A DNA stretch of 17,165 nucleotides, taken from Thermoproteota archaeon. Its GTDB lineage: Archaea > Asgardarchaeota > Jordiarchaeia > Jordiarchaeales > Freyrarchaeaceae. The DNA is taken from assembly GCA_029258835.1 (NCBI GenBank), contig JAPDJY010000059.1, positions 1 through 17,165 of the forward strand. The letters are read 5' to 3'. Below are positions 7,978-16,522 of this stretch, piece by piece; the stretch's first letter is position 1, and each line of letters starts with the position of its first letter. A model generated the notes under the pieces. That model was not told the origin of the DNA. It saw only the letters and a program-made list of their open reading frames with translations, and made no database searches. Position numbers and translations under genes: made by a program.

Positions 7978-9131
7978 TACTCCTCACCTCCTAGTATGAA
8001 CACTATGTTTGACTGGGCGCAGATCCCCGCCTGTCCGTGGGCTAGGGCCCTCCTAACCTCTGGAACTTGGTATGTCCCGGCCTCTCCTCTTATTTGCTTT
8101 GCAGCCTCAACGATCCTTATGAGTCCTGTTGCGGTTATCGGGTCGGCTCCAAGCGCCCCTCCGCTCGGGTTTACGGGCATCTGGCCGCCGAGCCACGTCA
8201 CATAGTTGTCTACTAGCCTTCTGGCTTTTCCCTCCTCGCAGAACCCTAAGGCCTCGTAGATCATGAGTTCCTCGTGCGCGTACCTCTCGGTTACCTCCGC
8301 CACGTCGATCTCGGCGAATGGATCCTTTATGCCTGCCATCCTGTAAGCTCTCCTCGCCGCCTTCTCCAAGGCCTCAAGCCTCTGAAGGTTTCTGTCTCTC
8401 ACGTAGAAATCCTGGCTGCTTCCAACGCCTTCAATCCAGACGGGGTTGTCTGTTAGCTTCCTAGCTTTTTCCTCCGATGCGAGAACTACCGCGCATGCCC
8501 CGTCGCTGACGGGCGACATCATAAGCTCCCTTATCGGCTCGTAGAGCATTTTTGACCCTAAAACGTCTTCAACCGTTACGCCGGGCATCTTCCTGTGCGC
8601 GTTAGGGTTCTTCGCCGCACACCAGAGGTTCTTCACGGACACCATTGCCACCTCCTCCTCACCCACCCCGTACTTGTCCATGTACATTCTTGCTTGGATC
8701 GCCGCTATCGCCATGTCGTTGAGGACTTTTAGCTGCCTGTCAAACGTCGGGTCAAGCATGTGGTATGAAACCTGGTGTGGGTTAAACGTTGACCCCTGAG
8801 TGTTAGCTACGATCAGCGCCACGTCATGTGTCCCAGCAAGTATCTTCATTACCCCATATAGAGCTGCGAAAGCCCCGTCCATCTCCGTCTTAGTGTAGTC
8901 TTTAAGGTACGCCCCGGAGGGCATCGTTAGGAAAAGCTCGGATATCGTCCTACCATCCAAGTAATCGCTTGAAGCATTGATTACCGTGTCGATTTCCTCC
9001 CTTGTCACTCCAGCCATCTCAGCTGCTCCCTTAGCCACCTCGAAAACCATGTCCTCCCTTGTCTTAGGCATGTCCCACTGATGCTTGGTTTGAGCGTATC
9101 CGACTATTGCAACCCTCCTCACACCCATCAC
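7977..9131 (-). CDS. Thiolase-superfamily (SCP-x type) protein, Ltp4-like, lacking the catalytic Cys
   Basis: VAIVGYAQT, SSDYLDGR, EMDGAFA at the nucleophile position, SDGACA, VNPSGGALGADP. Translationally coupled on both sides (ATGA, TAATG). Confidence 0.88.
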   Translation of the reverse strand: MMGVRRVAIVGYAQTKHQWDMPKTREDMVFEVAKGAAEMAGVTREEIDTVINASSDYLDGRTISELFLTMPSGAYLKDYTKTEMDGAFAALYGVMKILAGTHDVALIVANTQGSTFNPHQVSYHMLDPTFDRQLKVLNDMAIAAIQARMYMDKYGVGEEEVAMVSVKNLWCAAKNPNAHRKMPGVTVEDVLGSKMLYEPIRELMMSPVSDGACAVVLASEEKARKLTDNPVWIEGVGSSQDFYVRDRNLQRLEALEKAARRAYRMAGIKDPFAEIDVAEVTERYAHEELMIYEALGFCEEGKARRLVDNYVTWLGGQMPVNPSGGALGADPITATGLIRIVEAAKQIRGEAGTYQVPEVRRALAHGQAGICAQSNIVFILGGEE

Positions 9132-9598
9132 CCCGCAGGCTTGAAGTATTTTATGTCTCCTATCTCACCCTTCGTCTCCTCCCGCCATGCAACCTCAACC
9201 CTCATACCGGATTTAACCTCCTCGGGTTTAACCTCTCCTATGGGGACGAATATGGTGGAGTCCGCCCCGTCAAGCTTCACAGCCCCTATCACCAAGGGCT
9301 CCTCCAAGTCCTTAATATTCCCCACTCCGTCTAGCTCAACGTGTGCGATGGTGTAGCCTACAAGAACGCCTTTCCCAGAGAGCTCCGTCAAGTTTTCAGG
9401 TTTGATCTCGGAGTAACACTTGCCACACCTGTTCCTCGGCGGAACGTAGGTGTAGCCGCAGCGAGGACATTTTCCGCCTAGAATCTTCCTCTCACCGAGC
9501 GACTTTATAAAGTGCTCCATAACTTCGCCCACGGACCAGCGGAAGCCAGCCGAGAAGGGTATGGGCGACTTAGCCCGAACAATCTCCTCCTCACTCAT
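9128..9598 (-). CDS. Zn-ribbon/OB-fold protein (DUF35 family)
   Basis: CPRC-x10-CGKC, VKLDGAD, GMRVEVAW. GGAGG SD upstream. Confidence 0.92.
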   Translation of the reverse strand: MSEEEIVRAKSPIPFSAGFRWSVGEVMEHFIKSLGERKILGGKCPRCGYTYVPPRNRCGKCYSEIKPENLTELSGKGVLVGYTIAHVELDGVGNIKDLEEPLVIGAVKLDGADSTIFVPIGEVKPEEVKSGMRVEVAWREETKGEIGDIKYFKPAG

Positions 9599-9653
9599 TC
9601 TCTTCCTCCTCCAATTTTTAAGCTTGGATCTAGCATCAGCAATCCGTTTCCAA

Positions 9654-10739
9654 CTAGCTTTGCAGGAACCTTCTACACATGTCTTGGAGGATGGATTCAG
9701 CCTCGGAAACTATTCCCTCTATAACCTCCCTGACTGTTGGGATCTCATGTAGCCTTACGGCCACCTGGCCACACCATATCGCCCCGTTTTCCACGTCCCC
9801 CTCAGGCCCCTTAGCCTTGAAGGTCCCATCAGACTCGTACTGGTAAACGTCTAGCAAATCTATCTCCCCAGCCTCCAGCTTCCTCGTTAACTCCAAAAGC
9901 TTCTCAGAGTACTTGTTCCTCAAGTGTCTAAGGGGGCCGAAGACGCCCTGGGTTACTATGGTGGCTGAGACTTTAGGGAACCTCTCCGACGAGGCGACTA
10001 TGGCCTCCTTCACCTTATGGTTAAACTCGCACTCCCTCGTAGCTATGAACCTCGTCCCCATGTATATCCCCTTAGCCCCCCATGCAAGAGCGGAAACAAG
10101 CCCCTTACCGTCACATATTCCTCCCCCGGCGACGACGGGAACCTTCACGCTTTTAACAACCTCCGGAACAAGGACAAGCGTGCTTATAGGGTGATATGCC
10201 ACGTGCCCCCCTGCCTCGTGCCCCGTGGCTATAACCCCGTCAACGCCAGCCTTCTCAGCCTTCTTAGCGTGATACACCGACGGGACCGTGTGAAACCATA
10301 TCATGCCCGCATCCTTAATCTTCTTGAGATGTGGCTGAGTCGGGTCACCTGCAGACGTTATCACAAGCCTAAGCTTCCTTGCAAGCTCCGGGTCTCTCTC
10401 CCTCTCCTCCAAGAGCGAGTCTAACAAGTAGGGAACGTCGGGCTGCTCGGGTGCCACCCTAAAGTTAACGCCAAAGGGTTTATCGGTTAACCTTGAAACC
10501 TTCCTGATGGCAGCCATCATCCTCTGCTTCACGTCTTCAAACGACTCCTTCAGCTTGTCCGTGTCCTTCACGAGCGCCATGATCCCGTATTTAAGCTGGG
10601 GGGCAGGGTGGCTTACGATACCGAACCCTCCAGCGTTGGAAACAGCTGCCGCCAGGTCGGATGTGTCGTAAGGTCCCATGGCTGCCTGCATGATGGGGTA
10701 CTTAACCCCCAGAAGCTCGCACAGCTCGGTTTTGATCAT
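9654..10739 (-). CDS. Nitronate monooxygenase / FabK-family FMN-dependent oxidoreductase
   Basis: IKTELCELLGVKYPIMQAAM, LAAAVSNAGGFG, PFGVN, GHEAGGH, PVVAGGGI, MGTRFIATREC, GQ. Start placed at ATG 10739 after GGAGGAGGG. Confidence 0.92.
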   Translation of the reverse strand: MIKTELCELLGVKYPIMQAAMGPYDTSDLAAAVSNAGGFGIVSHPAPQLKYGIMALVKDTDKLKESFEDVKQRMMAAIRKVSRLTDKPFGVNFRVAPEQPDVPYLLDSLLEERERDPELARKLRLVITSAGDPTQPHLKKIKDAGMIWFHTVPSVYHAKKAEKAGVDGVIATGHEAGGHVAYHPISTLVLVPEVVKSVKVPVVAGGGICDGKGLVSALAWGAKGIYMGTRFIATRECEFNHKVKEAIVASSERFPKVSATIVTQGVFGPLRHLRNKYSEKLLELTRKLEAGEIDLLDVYQYESDGTFKAKGPEGDVENGAIWCGQVAVRLHEIPTVREVIEGIVSEAESILQDMCRRFLQS

Positions 10740-10769
10740 CCATACCCTCCTCCAAGACAATGCCATATT

Positions 10770-10970
10770 TCACTGAAGAAGGTTATAAATGTAACGTTTT
10801 TAGTAGGTTAACATCAACCTTCGTTAATTGACGAATGTGATTGTTCTCAAAACACGGCAACCACCATTCCACCACCAGCCACACCGTTTAAAAATAACGA
10901 AAATTGAAAAAATATATAAAGTCTAAAGAGTAAATGTATTTCTCCATCCGACCACTTTGGAGGGCGAGCG
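10770..10970. promoter_or_regulatory. Divergent promoter region with two TATA-like boxes and imperfect palindromes
   Basis: Minus-strand TTTATAA at ~10783-10789. Plus-strand AAAAATATATAAA at ~10908-10920. Palindromes AGGTT-N6-AACCT (10805-10820) and TTCGTTAATTGACGAA (10820-10835). Confidence 0.55.
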
Positions 10971-12458
10971 ATGGGTGTTATTGAGCGTGTTAGGGGTTGG
11001 TGGTTGCCTGATGAGATTTCCCCTGAGAGGGTGAGGAAGTTTGTTGAGATGGTTCCGCTGTACAGGGAGGATAAGGGTGACCCCGCCTTCATGGATAGGA
11101 GGGAGATGGAGGAGGTTAGGAACAGGAACCTTAGGGCTCAGGTTGAGCTCTGCGCCAGGTACAGCCCCTACTACAGCAGGCTCTTCAAGGAGAGGGGGAT
11201 AGACCCCTCAACCATAAAAACCGTGGACGACCTCGAAAAACTCCCCCTAACAACAAAGCAAGACTACATGAAAGACCCCGAAGCATTCAAACTAAAACTA
11301 GACCCCTCAAGGCCATTCTACGAACTAATCCCCTGGGACCTAACAATGACAACAGGAACAACAATGGGACTCCCCTCAATATTCTACAACACAACCCACG
11401 ACTTCTACGCTATAAACCTATTCCTCCTCAGAGCGTCAAAGGTAGTGTGGTGCGTACCAGGTGAAGACATAGTGTTTGACGCTTTCCCCATGGGGCCTGT
11501 TCCACACATAGGTTATCTCCGTGCTATAACTTCCTCTTTGGCTGCTGGTTGCGCTGTTGTTGCCGGGCATACTGGTATGCCCCACCCGGACTTCCCGGTG
11601 CACAGGAGGCTGGACGAAGCAATAAGGCTAATGGAAGCATACAGATGCACGGGAGCTATGGGGATTGCAAGCTACATGAGGAGATTTATTATGAGGGCGC
11701 AGGAGCTAGGAGTAGACTTCTCACCCGTAAGGGGGATCCATGCTCTTGGTGAGCCGTGCCCGAAGGGGATGAGGGACGACATGCGGAAAAGACTGGAATC
11801 GCTGGGAGCCATCCAGCCGTCTATTGGTAACGCGTATGGCTTCACCGAGTGCCAGGGCACGTTCGTAGAGTGCACGGAGCTCAGCGGCTGCCATAACCCT
11901 GACCCAAGCCTATATTTCGTAGAGATCGTTGACCCTGAGACGGGAGAGAGGAAGGCTGAGGGGGAGGAAGGACATATAGCTATTACTCATCTTAATAGGA
12001 GGGGGACTGTTCTTCTCAGGTACCTTCTTGGGGACATTGCCAAGGTGACTTATGAGCCTTGCCCCTACTGTGGGAGGGTGAGTGAGAGGGTGATGCCCGT
12101 TGCGGGCAGCGTTTACGCGACCAGGACGAAGGAGCTCGTCAAGCTCAAGGGAACCCTGATAAACCCCGGCCTGCTCAAGGACGCAATCGAAAACATAGGA
12201 GGAATAGCAGAATACCAGGTGGTCTTCGCAAAAACAGACCCAAACGACCCATACTCACTAGACAAACTCATAGTGAGGGTGGCTCCATCAGGAGAGATCC
12301 CAAACGACGAACTCAAAGCCAAGATAACAGACGCAGTCATCAGGGCCGTCGAGATGAGACCCGAAATAGAATTCGTATCATCACCATTCGAAATATTCGA
12401 CCCAAGATCATCACTAAAAGCAACAAGAATACTAGACCAAAGACCAAAAATAGAGTAA
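10971..12458 (+). CDS. Phenylacetate-CoA ligase (PaaK)/F390 synthetase-like AMP-dependent CoA ligase
   Basis: SPYY, DLEKLPLTTKQD, P-loop variant TTGTTMGLP, YGFTE, VEIVDPETG, GHIAIT, LLRYLLGD, CPYCGR. GGAGG SD upstream. Confidence 0.88.
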   Translation: MGVIERVRGWWLPDEISPERVRKFVEMVPLYREDKGDPAFMDRREMEEVRNRNLRAQVELCARYSPYYSRLFKERGIDPSTIKTVDDLEKLPLTTKQDYMKDPEAFKLKLDPSRPFYELIPWDLTMTTGTTMGLPSIFYNTTHDFYAINLFLLRASKVVWCVPGEDIVFDAFPMGPVPHIGYLRAITSSLAAGCAVVAGHTGMPHPDFPVHRRLDEAIRLMEAYRCTGAMGIASYMRRFIMRAQELGVDFSPVRGIHALGEPCPKGMRDDMRKRLESLGAIQPSIGNAYGFTECQGTFVECTELSGCHNPDPSLYFVEIVDPETGERKAEGEEGHIAITHLNRRGTVLLRYLLGDIAKVTYEPCPYCGRVSERVMPVAGSVYATRTKELVKLKGTLINPGLLKDAIENIGGIAEYQVVFAKTDPNDPYSLDKLIVRVAPSGEIPNDELKAKITDAVIRAVEMRPEIEFVSSPFEIFDPRSSLKATRILDQRPKIE

Positions 12459-12939
12459 ACACACCCTTATTTTTCTCCCTGTCAATGCGTATTCTAATTT
12501 AGCTGTGCATTTAACTTTTAAGTTAATGATAGGTTAAATTTCATAAAACATAATGAGAATAGTGGTCTTAGACTTCGGGACGTTTAAGAAGGTGAGCGCC
12601 CTCTACAAGGCTAGGTATTAAGAGAAGCTGTCCTGCAAGGGGTCTTAGAGGTTCTCTGCGAGTGATGCAATTTCAACTCCCCGGGCTTTTTGAGAAGCCG
12701 ATGAAGATAGATGTCAGGAAGAAAAGGGTGAGCTGAAGCGAGGATGATATTGCCTTCTTTATCGTTTATTAAATAATTTAAGTGGTTTAGTGGCTGTTCA
12801 CATTTTATACAAACTAATGACATTAGCCATCAAAGTTTACGTTAAACTTGGAAAACACGAAAAAGAAATTCGAAACGAAGCCGGCATCTACGAAAAACTT
12901 ATCTTCACCACCCTATACTATTGTTTCAGGAGGGTTCCA

Positions 12940-13290
12940 ATGGGACTAACAGATGCACAAAAACTCGAAGTAATTGAAATCGTCAGAAAAGAACTGGAAA
13001 AACTCCTACCACTAAAAGACGTAGCAACAAAACAAGACATAAAACTCCTAGTAGACCTAGTGGACAGGCGGTTTGAGGACGTTAACAAGCGGTTTGAGGA
13101 GCTGCTCGGCTACGTGGACAAGCGGTTTGAGGCTGTGGACAGGCGGTTTGAGGACGTTAACAAGCGGTTTGAGGACATGAATAAGCGGTTTGATGAACTT
13201 TACAGGATTTCGCGTTTATCCTTCGTCATTCTCAGCATATTAATATCGATATTCACACTAATCGTAAGCATCTTGATAACATTAAGATAG
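12940..13290 (+). CDS. Membrane-anchored coiled-coil protein (DUF1640/CCDC90-like head-neck-stalk-anchor)
   Basis: Start placed at ATG 12940 after AGGAGGG. Beta-layer motif VATKQDI, VDRRFED/VNKRFEE repeats, C-terminal transmembrane helix. Confidence 0.8.
   Translation: MGLTDAQKLEVIEIVRKELEKLLPLKDVATKQDIKLLVDLVDRRFEDVNKRFEELLGYVDKRFEAVDRRFEDVNKRFEDMNKRFDELYRISRLSFVILSILISIFTLIVSILITLR
13060..13197 (+). repeat. Six 21-bp coding tandem repeat units (heptads) with one 12-bp spacer
   Basis: All six units share the core CGGTTTGA. An exact 41-bp duplication lies at 13060-13100 and 13135-13175. Confidence 0.92.
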
Positions 13291-13806
13291 GTTTTTCCAC
13301 ACCATACTCGATAAAACTTATATATGTTCGTTTAATTTTCGTAATGTAAGTTGACGTGAGAATCTAAAAGTTATTCAGTTATATATGCTGAATTCGGTTT
13401 TCCAGCTTGAAAGTGGTCGGGGTTTAAGCGCTCGGAAGCCATCAGTAGCTGAGAATAGAGGGGTAAACTTCTTCTTCATCCTTTTAGGTTAAGTGGTAAC
13501 CTAACAAGATTACTACCCGCTTCTAACAGCAAACGAGGAAAGGAGAAGGCAATACACGGGTAAGATGGGAAATCACCTTTCTAGGACAAATAGAAAATCC
13601 AACAGAATTTTCCTTCAGAGGGTCTACAGAAAAGGGTTTAGATGGCTGTTGAGATTAAGGACGTTAGGAGGTACAGCTTGAATCTCAGAAAAGAGGACGG
13701 AAATGCGTGTTGGCCGGGAAGCGTTTCTGTGCGTCTAGCGGAACTGAAGAATTTCAAAAGAGGGGATGTCAGTCTTCAATCTTGAATTTTTGAAGAAATA
13801 AAAACA

Positions 13807-14223
13807 TCAATCCTTCACAATTACAACGTCTAGGTTCTTAAAGTGATCGTCGAATGTGTATATTTCCTTGATGTCGAGCTTTCTCATCTTTAAGTAGGCT
13901 AATGCGTCGTTCACGCTGACGTTCTTCTCCTTGGCGACTAGCAGGGCTTTTAGGTAATCCTCATGTGAAACTGGTAAAATCATAACGTTCTCAGCGAGCA
14001 ACAAGCTTTCTATGAACATCAAGGCTATGGTGAGGTTCGTTTTCGCCTCAAGGATGTTCACTACCTCGCTTAAATGAACAACGGTGGTGACTGCTTCCTC
14101 ACCGTTTTCTATCCTGAGCAGGATTCGCTTAGCCTTTTCCTTTCTTTCAAGGATCTTCTTGTCAACTGTTCCTTTAGGCTTTATCGCAGCGTAGAGAAAG
14201 ACGTTTGCATCTATGAACCTCAC
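13807..14223 (-). CDS. vapC: PIN-domain VapC toxin
   Basis: FIDANVFL, HLSEVV, VNDAL, IYTFDDHF: the acidic PIN residues are present. Overlaps the antitoxin stop (ATGA). Confidence 0.92.
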   Translation of the reverse strand: MRFIDANVFLYAAIKPKGTVDKKILERKEKAKRILLRIENGEEAVTTVVHLSEVVNILEAKTNLTIALMFIESLLLAENVMILPVSHEDYLKALLVAKEKNVSVNDALAYLKMRKLDIKEIYTFDDHFKNLDVVIVKD

Positions 14224-14435
14224 AGCATATCCTCCAGAAGCTCTCTCTCAACATCCTCTTCGACTTCAACCTCAACTATATCGAAAAACCGCGATAGTTT
14301 GGGCTTCTTCCTTGGCAGGATCTCTATCCTGTCCTCGAACTCAACCAGAATCACCTCGTTACCCCACCTGTCCCGCCACCCTTTAGGCAGAACAACTCTT
14401 CCCTGACTATCTATCTTTTTAACCTCCACAATCAT
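14220..14435 (-). CDS. vapB: AbrB/MazE/SpoVT-family antitoxin (VapB)
   Basis: KIDSQGRVVLPKGWR swapped-hairpin motif, acidic C-terminus, directly upstream of the PIN gene. Confidence 0.88.
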   Translation of the reverse strand: MIVEVKKIDSQGRVVLPKGWRDRWGNEVILVEFEDRIEILPRKKPKLSRFFDIVEVEVEEDVERELLEDML

Positions 14436-14874
14436 TGCTAATCACCATTAACTCATTTTGTTGCCAAACTGATAAATTTTTTGGAAGGGCAAAAGCCGTC
14501 AAGCGAAGGCGAGTGTAGAAGCTGTGGAAAAGATGAGGCTGCTCTCGGGGGAGAGAAATAAAGGTAGCAGGGAGGGCTGTGAGCGTTATCGGATACCGGA
14601 AGAAAACGGTAAATGGCTGAAGGACATTAAACTGGCACTCAGAAACGTGGAGTCATCGATGACGCATGTGATCCGGAAGTCGCTCTTTTCGGCCAAGAAA
14701 AATAAACAGAGTTTAAATAACCCAGTCCCACTTCATTTAGTGAATTCGTCGCTTTCCACTCAGTGTCTTTCACACAAAGTATTAGGAAAGCGGTTTTAGA
14801 ACCTGAACCTATTAGGAAAAATCCCGCTTATTCAACCGTACTCAAGGAAAAATAAGAGGGAAGGTGAGGAGCCG

Positions 14875-15342
14875 TCACTCTGCAATTTCGAAGTATTCTA
14901 TGTCAAGTATGCTTCCTGTTCTTTCAGCCCTCCACTTAGCCTTCACCCTCGCGCCTACCTTAATCTTTTCTACAGCCTTCTTCGGGTCTGATAGGTCTAC
15001 TCCTCCGATGAAGTGCATCATACCCGTGTCTGCCCCGTCAAGCTTTATCACCGCAACGGTGTATGGTGGGTCCGGTAGCCCGGTAAACTTCTCATAGCAT
15101 ATCGTGAACGTCTCTATGACGCCTGTATCCTTAACCTCCACCCATTCCTCTATTGGAGTGAAGCACCGCTCACAGAAAGATCTCGGCGGGATCAGAACTC
15201 GACCGCACTTAGAACATTTAACACCCATGATCTTCCCGTTCTTCAACTCGTTAAAGAATCTTGTCGCGAACTTTCCAGCGGAGTGCCTGTATGGGATCTC
15301 CCACTTACCAGGAATTATCAGGTATTCCTCCTTCTCACCCAT
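14875..15342 (-). CDS. Zn-ribbon/OB-fold protein (DUF35 family)
   Basis: CSKC-x10-CERC, PPYTVAVIKLDGADT, VGARVKAKW. Start placed at ATG 15342 after AGGAGGTG. Confidence 0.92.
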   Translation of the reverse strand: MGEKEEYLIIPGKWEIPYRHSAGKFATRFFNELKNGKIMGVKCSKCGRVLIPPRSFCERCFTPIEEWVEVKDTGVIETFTICYEKFTGLPDPPYTVAVIKLDGADTGMMHFIGGVDLSDPKKAVEKIKVGARVKAKWRAERTGSILDIEYFEIAE

Positions 15343-15355
15343 ACCTAACACCTCC

Positions 15356-16519
15356 TTAAGGTTTACTCCCACTCAAAACCATCAACCCGTGGAACTGGAT
15401 GGCTCCACCCCACCCGTGTGCTAGGGCTGTTTCAACGTCCGGAACCTGCCTATCTCCAGCCTTACCCATAACCTGAAGAGCAGCCTCAGCAACCCTAATC
15501 ATAGCAGTAGCACCAATAGGATTAGTACACAAAACACCACCACTAGGGTCGCATGGAAGACCACCGCCCATATCGGTGACTCCCTCCTCGACCAGCTTTC
15601 CACCCTCACCCTTACGGCAGAATCCCAAAGCTTCATACTCTAGGATTTCTTGGATCGTGAATGGATTGTAAAGCTCTGCTACATCTAACTCTCTGAGAGG
15701 ATCCTCTATCTTAGCCTTCCTGTAGATGCGGCGAGCCAGCATCGCAAGGCTGTCCCAGTCTGCAGGGTCAGGCTTGTCTCCAGCCCAATAGGTGTCTGCT
15801 ATTGATCCTGCTGCTTTAACCCATGCGGGCGTATCCGTTATCTCCCTAACCTTATCCTCAGACGCGAAGATGAGGGCGCAAGCCCCATCAGACCTAGGAC
15901 AACAGTCCAGAAGCCTTAAAGGCCATGAGATGAGCCTAGAGTTTAAAACGTCCTCTACCGTCACCTTGAACCTGAGGTGTGCGTAAGGGTTTCTCGTCGC
16001 TGCGTCATGGTTTTTAACTGAAACCATTGCTAGCTGCTCCTCTGTTGTCCCGTACTTCGCCATGTGCCTAGCAGCCTGGACAGCTCCAACAGTTATAGCA
16101 CCCCAACCCGAATACCTCTCATATATCGGGTCTACGCAGGTGTTGAGTACTAGTTGTGCGTCTACGTTTTCTCCGACCCTCTGGCATCCTACTGCCATGC
16201 AGGTGTCGAAGAGCCCTGACGCGACGTGGTAGTAGCCTGCCAGGGCGACGCTGATACCCGTAGTCCCCCCAGTGGTAACCTTCATGTAAGGCTTATTAAG
16301 CCCACCACCACAAGCATCAGCATCCCACTTATCAGGACAATTAATACCATCAAAAGGATCCATCGTGCCGTGGACGATTGAATCGATGTCGCCTATTCCT
16401 ATGCCTGCGTCCTTGAGGGCTGCGTCGACAGCCTCCAGTATAAGCTCAGGATGAGTCACATCGTCTCTCCGAGTTGCGGTCTTCGTCAGCCCTACACCTA
16501 CTATAGCGACTCGCCGCAT
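15356..16519 (-). CDS. Thiolase-superfamily protein, Ltp3-like, lacking the catalytic Cys (second paralogue)
   Basis: VAIVGVG, TTGGTTG at the nucleophile position, SDGACA, ELYNPF, DPSGGVLCTNPIGAT, AHGWGG. Confidence 0.88.
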   Translation of the reverse strand: MRRVAIVGVGLTKTATRRDDVTHPELILEAVDAALKDAGIGIGDIDSIVHGTMDPFDGINCPDKWDADACGGGLNKPYMKVTTGGTTGISVALAGYYHVASGLFDTCMAVGCQRVGENVDAQLVLNTCVDPIYERYSGWGAITVGAVQAARHMAKYGTTEEQLAMVSVKNHDAATRNPYAHLRFKVTVEDVLNSRLISWPLRLLDCCPRSDGACALIFASEDKVREITDTPAWVKAAGSIADTYWAGDKPDPADWDSLAMLARRIYRKAKIEDPLRELDVAELYNPFTIQEILEYEALGFCRKGEGGKLVEEGVTDMGGGLPCDPSGGVLCTNPIGATAMIRVAEAALQVMGKAGDRQVPDVETALAHGWGGAIQFHGLMVLSGSKP

Positions 16520-16522
16520 GGT

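Noticed and set aside
6739-9131. Mevalonate-pathway thiolase/DUF35/HMG-CoA synthase complex, or BbsAB benzoylsuccinyl-CoA thiolase
   Set aside because: No HMG-CoA synthase or bbs genes in the window, the canonical catalytic motifs are absent, and two different thiolase-fold genes are paired.
10790-10803. KstR-like operator (TnnAACnnGTTnnA)
   Set aside because: AAC/GTT spacing does not match the motif.
7933-10811. Short plus-strand ORFs across the thiolase/NMO operon
   Set aside because: Antisense shadows of well-supported genes.
12790-12939. 50-aa N-terminal extension of the coiled-coil ORF
   Set aside because: The SD site and a TATA-like element favour ATG 12940, and the extension looks intergenic.
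13060-13197. Possible CRISPR array
   Set aside because: Repeats are tandem, in frame, lack unique spacers and encode coiled-coil heptads.
14524-14799. 91-aa plus-strand ORF
   Set aside because: No recognisable domain or SD site. It may be a decayed fragment but cannot be supported.
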